Notes under the pieces: generated by a model
Databases searched by the model: none
The model's input: the letters and a program-made list of their open reading frames with translations, nothing else
What the model was told of the DNA's origin: nothing
Virus record (IMG/VR): IMGVR_UViG_3300031088_000758
DNA from: a virus
Taxonomy: Duplodnaviria > Caudoviricetes
Length of the DNA: 64,000 nt
Direction: 5' to 3' (one strand)
Made by a program: the position numbers and the translations under genes
Part shown: positions 27,956 to 36,892 of the stretch, one piece after another
Layout of the letters: each line of letters begins with the position of its first letter
Numbering within the stretch: the first letter of the stretch is position 1

Positions 27956-29626
27956 TCATGGTTTTTCCCAAGAGTCAGGAATTGTTACACCTTCAGGAAT
28001 TTCTGGTGCTTGAGGCTCTGCTGGTTTTTCTTGGTCAACTATTGCTGGTCTTTCAGGAAAAGCAGAACATCCTTCAGGCTTAGCGGGAATGTCAACAGGT
28101 TCTTCGGTCTCGGGAGCCTCTGTGGGGGCTTCTGAGGGTGTTTCAGTGGGATTGCTAGGGTCTGTTGGGTTTTCAGGGTTTTCGGTTGGTGTAGGGGTTT
28201 CTGGCTCTTCTGGAAGAGGGTTGTTCTTAGCGGCTTCTTGCTCAGCCCAAAGCTCTCCCCATTGTTCTTCCCATTCCAGTAATTCATCTTGTTTGTCAAT
28301 ACACTTTTGAAGTTCCTCATTATAAGATTCTGTAGCTTCTGCTTTTCTTCCATCGAAGCTTGACCAATTCCTATAATCTTCTACATACCTGTTCCAAGGT
28401 TCTCTAAGCTTTTCTCTTTCTTCATTAAGCCAGTTCCACTTATCGTGTGTTTCGTTCACATTTTTAGCGTAAACATTCCAATCATCAATCTTAGGCATAA
28501 CAAGAGCGTTTTGCCATGCCCAATCTTTCTGTGATTCCACATAATTCTGAGCTTCTGTGTCAATAGAGTCTTGAGTGTCTACTACTGTTTTATTCTTACC
28601 TGATTCTAAATCAACTAAGTTGTAAACAGGTGCTACTTGTCCTGACCATTTCCATCCACAACCAGGTCCATTAGGATCGGCAATTTGATATACAGCATCT
28701 TTGACAAATTCTTCTTTAGACTCCACTGGATTTGGCAAAGAAGGCTTACTTACTTCGTTTTCAGGAAGTGTAGGGAATCCTTCAGGTAGAGGTGATTCAG
28801 GTCGTGTCAAATTAGGATATTGAATTTCATCTAATGCCAAAGATTGAGGTTGGGGTAAATCATTGATCTCAACTTGTGTTTCAATTTGTGAAGTTTCTTG
28901 AAGTCCAGTGTATGAGTCAGGGTTGTAGAAAAAGCTTCTATTAGCATCGTTAGAATTGACAGTCAAATCAAAGCATCCTGATTCTCTCAAAGTTTCAGGA
29001 ATTTTTGTAGAGTAATTCTTCAACAACTCATTTCGAATTTCGTTATTTGGTGTATTTACGCTAATAATTGTGTCACCCATAGTAATGAAGAAACCATTGT
29101 CATACAAAGCTGAGCTACCATCATCATTTGTTGCTGTTTCAATGTTAGCTCTTTTGCTTAATATTTCCACAAATCTATTGAAGTCAGAAGCAGCTTGACC
29201 ACTTCCGTAAACATGAATTCTAGTTTCAATTCCACTTCCGGTTCCTACATAAGTGGATAGCATAGTTGTAGAAACATTTTCACTACTTATGTTTAAATCT
29301 TTTGGAACTACAATATTCTGAGGTTTAGTTGTTTCAGCTACTGCCCATGATTCTATGTTTGATGGTTTTTCTTGAATAAGACTTGAAGCCCAAGCTTGAC
29401 CTGGTGAATCAATTGCCTCAATAGACATGTAGGGAGAGTTTTCAACTGGCTCAGTATTTATACGTTCTAATGCCGCTACTCCTCTTGAGAAGATAACTGC
29501 TAAAGCGAAAACTGCTACTGAGGCAAATGCTATGTAAATCATTGACCTATCACTTAGCCATGCTAAAAGAGGCGTCTTTACAGTAGGATCTTTTTTGTAA
29601 TCCCCGTATTTACGCTTACTACTCAT
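27956..29626 (-). CDS. Membrane-anchored surface protein with coiled coil and Pro/Glu/Thr-rich stalk
   Basis: N-terminal TM; PEEPETPTPTENPENPTDP tract. Confidence 0.8.
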   Translation of the reverse strand: MSSKRKYGDYKKDPTVKTPLLAWLSDRSMIYIAFASVAVFALAVIFSRGVAALERINTEPVENSPYMSIEAIDSPGQAWASSLIQEKPSNIESWAVAETTKPQNIVVPKDLNISSENVSTTMLSTYVGTGSGIETRIHVYGSGQAASDFNRFVEILSKRANIETATNDDGSSALYDNGFFITMGDTIISVNTPNNEIRNELLKNYSTKIPETLRESGCFDLTVNSNDANRSFFYNPDSYTGLQETSQIETQVEINDLPQPQSLALDEIQYPNLTRPESPLPEGFPTLPENEVSKPSLPNPVESKEEFVKDAVYQIADPNGPGCGWKWSGQVAPVYNLVDLESGKNKTVVDTQDSIDTEAQNYVESQKDWAWQNALVMPKIDDWNVYAKNVNETHDKWNWLNEEREKLREPWNRYVEDYRNWSSFDGRKAEATESYNEELQKCIDKQDELLEWEEQWGELWAEQEAAKNNPLPEEPETPTPTENPENPTDPSNPTETPSEAPTEAPETEEPVDIPAKPEGCSAFPERPAIVDQEKPAEPQAPEIPEGVTIPDSWEKP

Positions 29627-29681
29627 AATAACTAATCTCCCTCATTCAATTCGTGAAACCTGAAGTGCTTAATAGCTTAAC

Positions 29682-29730
29682 AAATATTGATCATAAAACT
29701 CTAAAAATAACCGCTTTATGATCAATATTT
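29682..29730 (-). terminator. Hairpin / probable terminator
   Basis: AAATATTGATCATAAA / TTTATGATCAATATTT. Confidence 0.6.
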
Positions 29731-29776
29731 AGGTTTGTATAACTGATTTTATCAAACTCTTTATAAAATTGATGGA

Positions 29777-30901
29777 TTAATTAGCAGCAGAATCATTGCT
29801 AGTTTGACTATTGTCCTGAGAAGTAGTGTTGGTACTGTTGTTTCCTTTTTCAAGTTCATCAATTTGTTCTTGTAGTATGCGCATCTGTTCTTCTAAATCT
29901 TCAACTGAAGTTTCTGAGTTTGATTCATTCTCAGTAGGAGAAGTAGTTTCTGAATTTTTTTCCAGGGTTTCTATTTTTTCTTGCAGAGTTTGATTATCTT
30001 CTTCTAGTTGTTCAATTCGATTTATCAATGTTTGCATTTCTTCTGCTGTATACGTATTCTCGTTATTCTGTGTAGAAGTTGTTTCATTTTGAGAAGTAGG
30101 TTCTTGTATAGGTGCTTGTGTTGGTTCAGAGCTTTGACTTTCTTCTTCAACAGTAACTTCTTTTTCTACAACGGTGATTGGAGGTGAAGACTTTTTTGAT
30201 TCTTCTACTGCTTCATCAATTATTTCTTGTTTTTCACTCTCTGTAATTTTTTCTTCTGTTTTTTCAGTCTTATATACTGTTGTGAATACGCTATCTGTAT
30301 TTTGATTGTTTTCAGAAACTAAATAGCTTGTAGTAGTTGTCAATATGGCTATACCAGCGAATAGTAGGACAAATCGCATAAAAGGATTGTTTTTGAAATA
30401 GCGAGATATTTTTTGTTTTGTCAAAAGAAGAACAAGTTTTGCTTGTCCTGTTCTTGTTCCCGAGCTTTCTTCTTGTAATGTTTTCGTGTTCTCTTGATCT
30501 TCTAATATTTGGTCAATTTTAGAAATATCTTCTGTAATAATAGGCTGTTCTTCGGTAATGATTCTTGTGGTGCCGTTTTTGTCTTTAACTGTTTTCGTGT
30601 ATATGACTGGGGCAACAACTTTTTTGGCACCCAAGGAGGTAACAGAAAGAATTATTTTGTAGAATTCGCTGATTACAGCAGTTCCAATGGAAATGAGAGC
30701 AACTAGTATTAAACTATTTATGATTCCTGTAAGGTTAGCTGAAATCAAAGACATAGATACGGCTGTCAAAGCAGTAGCAGTTATTTTGAGCAAAGTTAAG
30801 CCAGAAGAGCTTTCTTTAACTATTTCTTTAAATTTAGTTTTAGTATCATTCTCTTCTATATTTTTGTTTGCGTCTTCAATATTTTTTGAATCTTGATTCA
30901 T
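29777..30901 (-). CDS. Membrane protein with C-terminal coiled coil
   Basis: 3 hydrophobic segments; E/Q-rich heptads. Confidence 0.8.
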   Translation of the reverse strand: MNQDSKNIEDANKNIEENDTKTKFKEIVKESSSGLTLLKITATALTAVSMSLISANLTGIINSLILVALISIGTAVISEFYKIILSVTSLGAKKVVAPVIYTKTVKDKNGTTRIITEEQPIITEDISKIDQILEDQENTKTLQEESSGTRTGQAKLVLLLTKQKISRYFKNNPFMRFVLLFAGIAILTTTTSYLVSENNQNTDSVFTTVYKTEKTEEKITESEKQEIIDEAVEESKKSSPPITVVEKEVTVEEESQSSEPTQAPIQEPTSQNETTSTQNNENTYTAEEMQTLINRIEQLEEDNQTLQEKIETLEKNSETTSPTENESNSETSVEDLEEQMRILQEQIDELEKGNNSTNTTSQDNSQTSNDSAAN

Positions 30902-30923
30902 TCAAAATCCTCCGGGAGTCAAA

Positions 30924-30959
30924 GGGGCAAGAACACTATTTATTAAGCGCTCTTGCCCC
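30924..30959 (-). terminator. Hairpin in leader / terminator
   Basis: GGGGCAAGA / TCTTGCCCC. Confidence 0.55.
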
Positions 30960-31058
30960 GTTGGTTTAGATCATATAATATCTAAATTTTAACTCATTGT
31001 TTATGTAATTTTTATATATTATATGATTAATTGCCAGGTTTAGGTGATAGATTTCTCA

Positions 31059-33236
31059 TCATTCAGCTGTTGCTCTCACAAATCTTACAATAAGGTTTGT
31101 CTTCTGCTGACTGTTTCCTGGACCTTCAAGAAGTTTTCCATCAAGATTATTAGATGTTCCACTTCCTGTGTTATCATGGAATGCTTTAGTAGTATCTACG
31201 CTATCTCCATTGCTATAGTTTACATAACATTTACCGTCAATAGCAGTAGCAACAGTGTCTACCGAACCTAGTCTTTGAACACTCTTTCCTGATTTAGTTT
31301 CAAATCCTACACCTCTGCCATAGAATGATGTGTCAACAGTAGGGGCATATTCGTATTTAACGTTCATCTGTTGTGGACGATCTTTTTCAGATGCCCATGT
31401 TGATTGAACAGTAAATTCGTTATGCAAACCTGGAAGAGAAGTTGAATTCTGTGAACTGAATGTAGATGTGTCCCAGTTTCTTTGGTTAGTAGGATTCTTG
31501 TCTTTTCCATTAAACAATGTTTCACCACTGGCTGTTTTCATCGTGAACTTACCACCATTAGCATTAGTTGTTCCTGGTGTTCCTTCAGACCATCTTGTAA
31601 CAGTTGTGGTTTTAGGAGCATGTCCGTCATAATGAACACCCGCACCATTAGCTGGGTACCATACGTCAACTTTAATGTTCTTCTGTTTGTTATCACGGAA
31701 GAAATCAAAGCTATTGTTGTTTAGTCCGTCTGATGTTGCACCAGGTTTTTCATTACCACGTTTTCCTGTTGTGGTTGTGTTGTCAGTAGCACCATTAGAT
31801 GTTGAAGCACCTTTTGATGTAGCTGAATTTGGTGTACAGTTAAATGGACATTCTTTGTCGTAGAATCCAAGTTGAGAAGTAGCAGCTCTTGCAGCATTGC
31901 TGTTCTTCTCACCCTTTGAATTGAAATTATGTGCGAAATCAACAATACCAGGTCGTTGAGTGTATGTTTTAGTATTAGCAGCAGCTGCTATGTTTTCTAC
32001 AACACTTCCTTGGTTGATTTTGATTATGCCATTACCACTACCTGTCAAAGCACTAAATCCTTCAGCATTACAGTGAACAGTAAGCATCTGCCAGAATCCT
32101 GTATTGCGAGGAGTAGGAAGAGTTTTATTGACAACTGGCTTTCCTTTAGTTTCTGTCTTCTTCCAAGCAGAACATTCTACTACAGGAGCATTGTATTTTC
32201 CAAGCTTAGAGTTCCAAGTTTGAGTGCTTGTGCAATTTCTGTTGTAAGTAGTTGTATCGCTTCTTGTAAGGGTAATTTTCGCTAGTTGTGTTTGCTCTTG
32301 AACGTTAAGAACTCCACCTTCAGCCATTGCTGCCTTATTGTTATTGTTCAAATTAATGGTAGCATTTTTAGGGTTTTGCTTGTCCTTCTTTATGGCTGCA
32401 TCAATATCTTTGATAATTGCATCCATGTTTTTGTTATTTTGTCCCTTTGAAATGCTGTCAATAAGCACACCGTAAGAAGTTCTTGAAGCACCTGTACTTT
32501 GTGCATTTAAATTATTTTTACCAATAGGATCTACAAGCTTTCCAGCTTCGTTAAAGTTAACTGTTTGAGGAACAAGGTCTGTTTTGTAGCTATGTGGTTC
32601 AGTATAAGTTTTAGTCACAACATTGCTATCACTCTTCTCTTCAGGCCAAGAAGTTTTGATAGGTGGTTTATTCACTTGTTCATCAAAGGCACCTGAACAG
32701 ATAATAACATAACCTGGAGCCTTATTGATTAAGTATCCATTGTTCTTTCGGTCCCAGTTTTTGAAAGCATCAATTTCGCCCTGTGAAGGTGCTCTATCAC
32801 CACGAACTTCTGATGGTTTTTCAATGGTGCTTTTTTGTTTGTTAGTAGTATAGTTATTCCAAGCATCACCATGAGTTTCGCGGCTGTAGTTGTACACCCA
32901 TCTTCCTGAACGGTCATGTTCTAAGTACCATACAACACGAGAATTCTGACAAACACTATTGCTTTTTACTCGATTAACAACTTGACCTTCTACCCAAGAT
33001 TGTCCACGACCAGTCATTTGTTCAAATTTCAAAAAGTCTTGATAAGCTTTTCCTTTTTGATCATAGGCAATAGAAGTCCAGTGCACTGAACCTCTAAGGT
33101 TACCATTTGAGCCACCACCACCGATTCCACCACCAGTTTCAGCGGAAGCTGACGGAATAGCAACAATTACGCCTACTCCTACAAGGAGAGAAACCGCAAT
33201 CTTTTTCCAGAATTGTTTGTTCATTTTTATCATCAT
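31059..33236 (-). CDS. Large secreted protein (putative adhesin or transfer surface protein)
   Basis: Signal peptide ..PSASA|E, Gly-rich mature start, N/T/G-rich with paired Cys. Confidence 0.75.
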   Translation of the reverse strand: MMIKMNKQFWKKIAVSLLVGVGVIVAIPSASAETGGGIGGGGSNGNLRGSVHWTSIAYDQKGKAYQDFLKFEQMTGRGQSWVEGQVVNRVKSNSVCQNSRVVWYLEHDRSGRWVYNYSRETHGDAWNNYTTNKQKSTIEKPSEVRGDRAPSQGEIDAFKNWDRKNNGYLINKAPGYVIICSGAFDEQVNKPPIKTSWPEEKSDSNVVTKTYTEPHSYKTDLVPQTVNFNEAGKLVDPIGKNNLNAQSTGASRTSYGVLIDSISKGQNNKNMDAIIKDIDAAIKKDKQNPKNATINLNNNNKAAMAEGGVLNVQEQTQLAKITLTRSDTTTYNRNCTSTQTWNSKLGKYNAPVVECSAWKKTETKGKPVVNKTLPTPRNTGFWQMLTVHCNAEGFSALTGSGNGIIKINQGSVVENIAAAANTKTYTQRPGIVDFAHNFNSKGEKNSNAARAATSQLGFYDKECPFNCTPNSATSKGASTSNGATDNTTTTGKRGNEKPGATSDGLNNNSFDFFRDNKQKNIKVDVWYPANGAGVHYDGHAPKTTTVTRWSEGTPGTTNANGGKFTMKTASGETLFNGKDKNPTNQRNWDTSTFSSQNSTSLPGLHNEFTVQSTWASEKDRPQQMNVKYEYAPTVDTSFYGRGVGFETKSGKSVQRLGSVDTVATAIDGKCYVNYSNGDSVDTTKAFHDNTGSGTSNNLDGKLLEGPGNSQQKTNLIVRFVRATAE

Positions 33237-34330
33237 TCCACCTTCAGGCTAGCGCTATCAATAAGAACTTTATGATCGCTTTCACCTGCTCCATTTGCAT
33301 TGGCTACAAATTTAATTGTTAAGTTTCCATTCTTTTCTAACTTACTTTGATCTTTTGCCCAAGCTGTGTATTTTACTTCAGCAGTCATGTTTACAACATA
33401 TGAACTGGTTTCTTCATCATACACAAATTCGTAATTACTACTTGTGATTTCACCATACCAACGTGGTCCTGTTTCTAACAAATTATCCATTCCACCATAA
33501 TTATCCCCATTCCAATCAGCATAAATTGGAATGTATTCTGAATAAGCTTTTTCGCTGTTTTCCTGTAAATAACGAGTAGTGAATAAATCTTCTAATGTTG
33601 AAGGATCATAAGATTTATTTCCCGCATAACCAGGATATTGAATAAGAGACCATTCACCGAAAGTTGGATTAAGTAGTCTTTCTTGAATTACTGACACTTC
33701 TGAAATAAATCCTTCAGCCGTCCAATAACTATATTCAGGATTAATTGTTCCGTCTTCTAGAAGCGCTTTACTGTCATCAGAAGTATATCCTGCAGCTTCA
33801 AAAGGAAGAGTGCTTGCTGTATCTTTTAAGCTTGTTCCATTTGAACTGTAAAGAATTGGTCCACGTTGTTCAGTTGAAATTTCTGATGTATAAACTGACT
33901 GTTGCCATTCTTCTTTTTCTATTGGGAAAAACTTACCCTGTTGCAAATAGAAATCTTCATCATTGTTAACTAGAGCTGCAACATCATTTTCATCTTCTTC
34001 TGTGAAATCCTTATCCATGTCGTATTCATCATTAGGATTTTCCCCTCCACCATCAGAAGTATTAACCACTGTACCAGGTTCTTTCTCCCCCACAGTTTGA
34101 TCTCCACCAAGAGGATTGAACAAGAAAGCAGCAGTAACAATTCCTGCTGTGGCTAATGCACCTACCCCAGCAAAAACAATTTTCTTAGTGCGCCCGTTTC
34201 CTTTTTCAGAATTAAGGATATCATCTTCAGCTTCAGCAGCTTCTCTATCCTCACGAATCAAATCTTCAATAGATCTGTCATCCTCATTTCCAAAAGGATC
34301 ATCAGGCAATTTATCATCATCAATGTTCAT
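33233..34330 (-). CDS. Bitopic membrane protein, possibly a VirB8/TcpC-like transfer component
   Basis: Acidic N-terminus, single TM, beta-rich C-terminus; GGAG RBS before ATG 34330; family assignment is inference. Confidence 0.6.
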   Translation of the reverse strand: MNIDDDKLPDDPFGNEDDRSIEDLIREDREAAEAEDDILNSEKGNGRTKKIVFAGVGALATAGIVTAAFLFNPLGGDQTVGEKEPGTVVNTSDGGGENPNDEYDMDKDFTEEDENDVAALVNNDEDFYLQQGKFFPIEKEEWQQSVYTSEISTEQRGPILYSSNGTSLKDTASTLPFEAAGYTSDDSKALLEDGTINPEYSYWTAEGFISEVSVIQERLLNPTFGEWSLIQYPGYAGNKSYDPSTLEDLFTTRYLQENSEKAYSEYIPIYADWNGDNYGGMDNLLETGPRWYGEITSSNYEFVYDEETSSYVVNMTAEVKYTAWAKDQSKLEKNGNLTIKFVANANGAGESDHKVLIDSASLKVE

Positions 34331-34450
34331 AATTCTCCACAATCCAAAAATACATATACAATGTTCAGTTAACACTATTAAATATCGTTTTCAGAAAAAA
34401 GATAACAATATTGATGAAATTAAACAAATATATATTAGTATTGTCGAAAT

Positions 34451-34996
34451 TCATGCTCCCATTAAGAAAAGGCTCAAGCCAAGACCTATAATCATAGGAA
34501 TTGCAAAAACAATGTTTGAACGTTTTTGAAAAGTTTCAAATTCTTCTTCTTTCATCTTCTTTTTTGCTACTGATAGACTAATATATCTTGGATGCCCTAC
34601 ACTCTTAAAAGCCCATGTCTGAAGAGACAAAGCGTAAACAGCAGAAACAAAAATAGTTACTAAGAAAATTAAAATTGACTCTTTCCAGCCTAAATACCAT
34701 GGAGTTAATCCGACAAAAGCCATAATGCTAGAGTAATTCAAATTATTTATTCCAGTTCCTATGAAACCTACTAACAAAATAGTAGCGATAAAACCTACCA
34801 AACCTATGACAATAGTAGGTATCAAATACTCCCCTGGCGCAACTAATTCATGTATTGTTACATTTAAAGCAATCATGACAAAGTATAAGCCTGTGAACTT
34901 GTTTAATGAAAGCTTAGCGATTTTCACAAGTAGCAAAGTCAATAATAAAATAGAACCATGTAGAAAAAATAATTCATCAAAGGGGATATTGGTCAT
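34451..34996 (-). CDS. Polytopic membrane protein, weakly prepilin-peptidase (A24)-like
   Basis: GLTPWYLGW..IFLVTIFVSAVY and C-terminal IVFAIPMIIG resemble A24; the GxGD aspartate is absent. Confidence 0.45.
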   Translation of the reverse strand: MTNIPFDELFFLHGSILLLTLLLVKIAKLSLNKFTGLYFVMIALNVTIHELVAPGEYLIPTIVIGLVGFIATILLVGFIGTGINNLNYSSIMAFVGLTPWYLGWKESILIFLVTIFVSAVYALSLQTWAFKSVGHPRYISLSVAKKKMKEEEFETFQKRSNIVFAIPMIIGLGLSLFLMGA

Positions 34997-36438
34997 TGAT
35001 TGTTGCTCCAGTTCTGCAATCTTTCTATCTCATCTTCTTCATCATCTGGATCGTAGTAAGTTCCAATTTTTCCGGCATTCTGAACACGACCATTATCATC
35101 TAGAACTTCAATTGCACTGTTAAAGTTTTCTGAAGTATTATTTACATTTTCAAAAGACAGGCCAGAAAGCTCTTCCTCATCAAATACAAAATCAAGACTA
35201 TCATTTTCAACTGATTCGTTGGATTCAGGTTGCTGCTCATACAGGTTGTTGTTTAAGGTTTCTTCTTCTGGATTGTAAAACTCTTCTGGTTCAAAGCTTG
35301 GCAGAGAAAACTCTGATTCATTATTATTTATTTCATCATAATAATTTGGTTCTGCTTCCAAAGCTGGCTCATTGATGTTTTCAGAAGCATCAACATAAGC
35401 ACTTATAGAATCTGTATACTGGGTTGAATCGCTAAAATCAAAAGCACTTTGCTCAGATTCATCATTAGTGTTTTCAAATTCAAAGTCAGGCTCAGAATCT
35501 TCGTCCTTTAATGCTAATTTACTTTTTAGCTCATATACTTCATCTTCTAAATCTTTGATGTCTCTGTTTTTCAGAGAAAGCTCATCTTGAAGTTTTTCAT
35601 AAGTTTCTCTTTCTTCTGAACTAAGAGTATCATCAACTCCGTTTTGATTATCTAACTGCTCTTCTAATCTTTTAATAATCAACTTTAATTCAAGATTTTC
35701 TTGTTCGTAATCCTCATCATCATTAGTTGGCATAATATTAATTCCATTAGCAATCTCTGATTGGAATTTAATGTTACTAACATCAACTTGTAATCTATCT
35801 ACTACTGTGGCAAGTTTAGCTACATGTTCATTTCGAAGTCTGAGAAGTTCAACATACTTTTTAACAGTTACTTCTACTCTTGAAACAAAAGTATCCACTT
35901 CACCCATTTCGTAACCCTGCGGAACTTGAATGTCAAAGCCTACTTCTTCCAGATCTTCAGGAAGGAATATATCATTGTCAATTTCAAAAGTTGCTGGAAT
36001 ATTTAAAATTTCAAGAACATCCTGGATTTTTCCTTCATCGGGAACGGGAACGGGAACCGATTCATACTCTTTCATTTTCTTCTTATGTTTGAGTGTCATG
36101 TTTCTCATGAAGCTTTTTGTGCCATCTTCATCTTCAAGCTCAAAAGCTGAGGATTCATCACTAGCAGGTATTTCTGTGGATTCCTCTTCAACGAAAACTT
36201 CTTCTTCAAAAACAGGTTCTTCTTCTACTGCTTTTGGGCGTTCTACAATCCTATTTTTAACAGGCTTTTTCTTTAGAGCAGTATTTTGGACTCTTTTTAC
36301 TGGACTCTTTTTTTGTTTTTCAGGTCGTTGTTTTTCTTCAGGTTCATCTTTGACAGCATCCATAACACGAACAGTCTCTTCACCTATACCTTTTAATCTT
36401 TCTTGTAATTGGCTTTTTGCTTTGTCAAGAATACCCAT
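34993..36438 (-). CDS. DivIVA-domain coiled-coil protein with acidic tails
   Basis: FLPEDLEEVGFDIQVPQGYEMGEVDTFVSRV matches the DivIVA signature (LTPxDI..F..GY...EVD.FL). Confidence 0.75.
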   Translation of the reverse strand: MGILDKAKSQLQERLKGIGEETVRVMDAVKDEPEEKQRPEKQKKSPVKRVQNTALKKKPVKNRIVERPKAVEEEPVFEEEVFVEEESTEIPASDESSAFELEDEDGTKSFMRNMTLKHKKKMKEYESVPVPVPDEGKIQDVLEILNIPATFEIDNDIFLPEDLEEVGFDIQVPQGYEMGEVDTFVSRVEVTVKKYVELLRLRNEHVAKLATVVDRLQVDVSNIKFQSEIANGINIMPTNDDEDYEQENLELKLIIKRLEEQLDNQNGVDDTLSSEERETYEKLQDELSLKNRDIKDLEDEVYELKSKLALKDEDSEPDFEFENTNDESEQSAFDFSDSTQYTDSISAYVDASENINEPALEAEPNYYDEINNNESEFSLPSFEPEEFYNPEEETLNNNLYEQQPESNESVENDSLDFVFDEEELSGLSFENVNNTSENFNSAIEVLDDNGRVQNAGKIGTYYDPDDEEDEIERLQNWSNNQ

Positions 36439-36517
36439 TTTTGTTCCTTTGCCACATAATAAAATACTTAAAATTGTTCAATAAATATACATATATAAAT
36501 ATCAGCGCATATCTATT

Positions 36518-36847
36518 TTATTCGTTTAGCTCTCTTTGCGCAGTTCCATCAAGAAAATCTTCTAATGTAAAGTACACTGGCTCACCAGCAATACTTTCCA
36601 CATAAATAATCCAAGCTTTAACATATTCTTCTCTTATGAATTCATATTCTAGATTAGCCCAAGCATCATTTATTCCAGAAAAATTCAAGTATTGAATAAT
36701 TTCTTTCGGATAGTAAGGGATTGACTTTTCTGTTTTTTGAAGAATTTTTGTATGATTATCAAATATCCTATTTAAACCAGAAATGAAATTGACTACTTCA
36801 AGGTCAGCTCTAGACGGGTAAAAAGATTCAGATTCATACTCACTCAT
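36518..36847 (-). CDS. Hypothetical protein
   Basis: 109-aa ORF in operon orientation. Confidence 0.7.
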   Translation of the reverse strand: MSEYESESFYPSRADLEVVNFISGLNRIFDNHTKILQKTEKSIPYYPKEIIQYLNFSGINDAWANLEYEFIREEYVKAWIIYVESIAGEPVYFTLEDFLDGTAQRELNE

Positions 36848-36892
36848 TTATACCATCTCTTTCTTTTTCCTTAGTGTAAATTACATGTACTA

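Noticed and set aside
28080-28220. Repetitive DNA within 27956-29626
   Set aside because: Explained by the Pro/Glu/Thr-rich protein linker.
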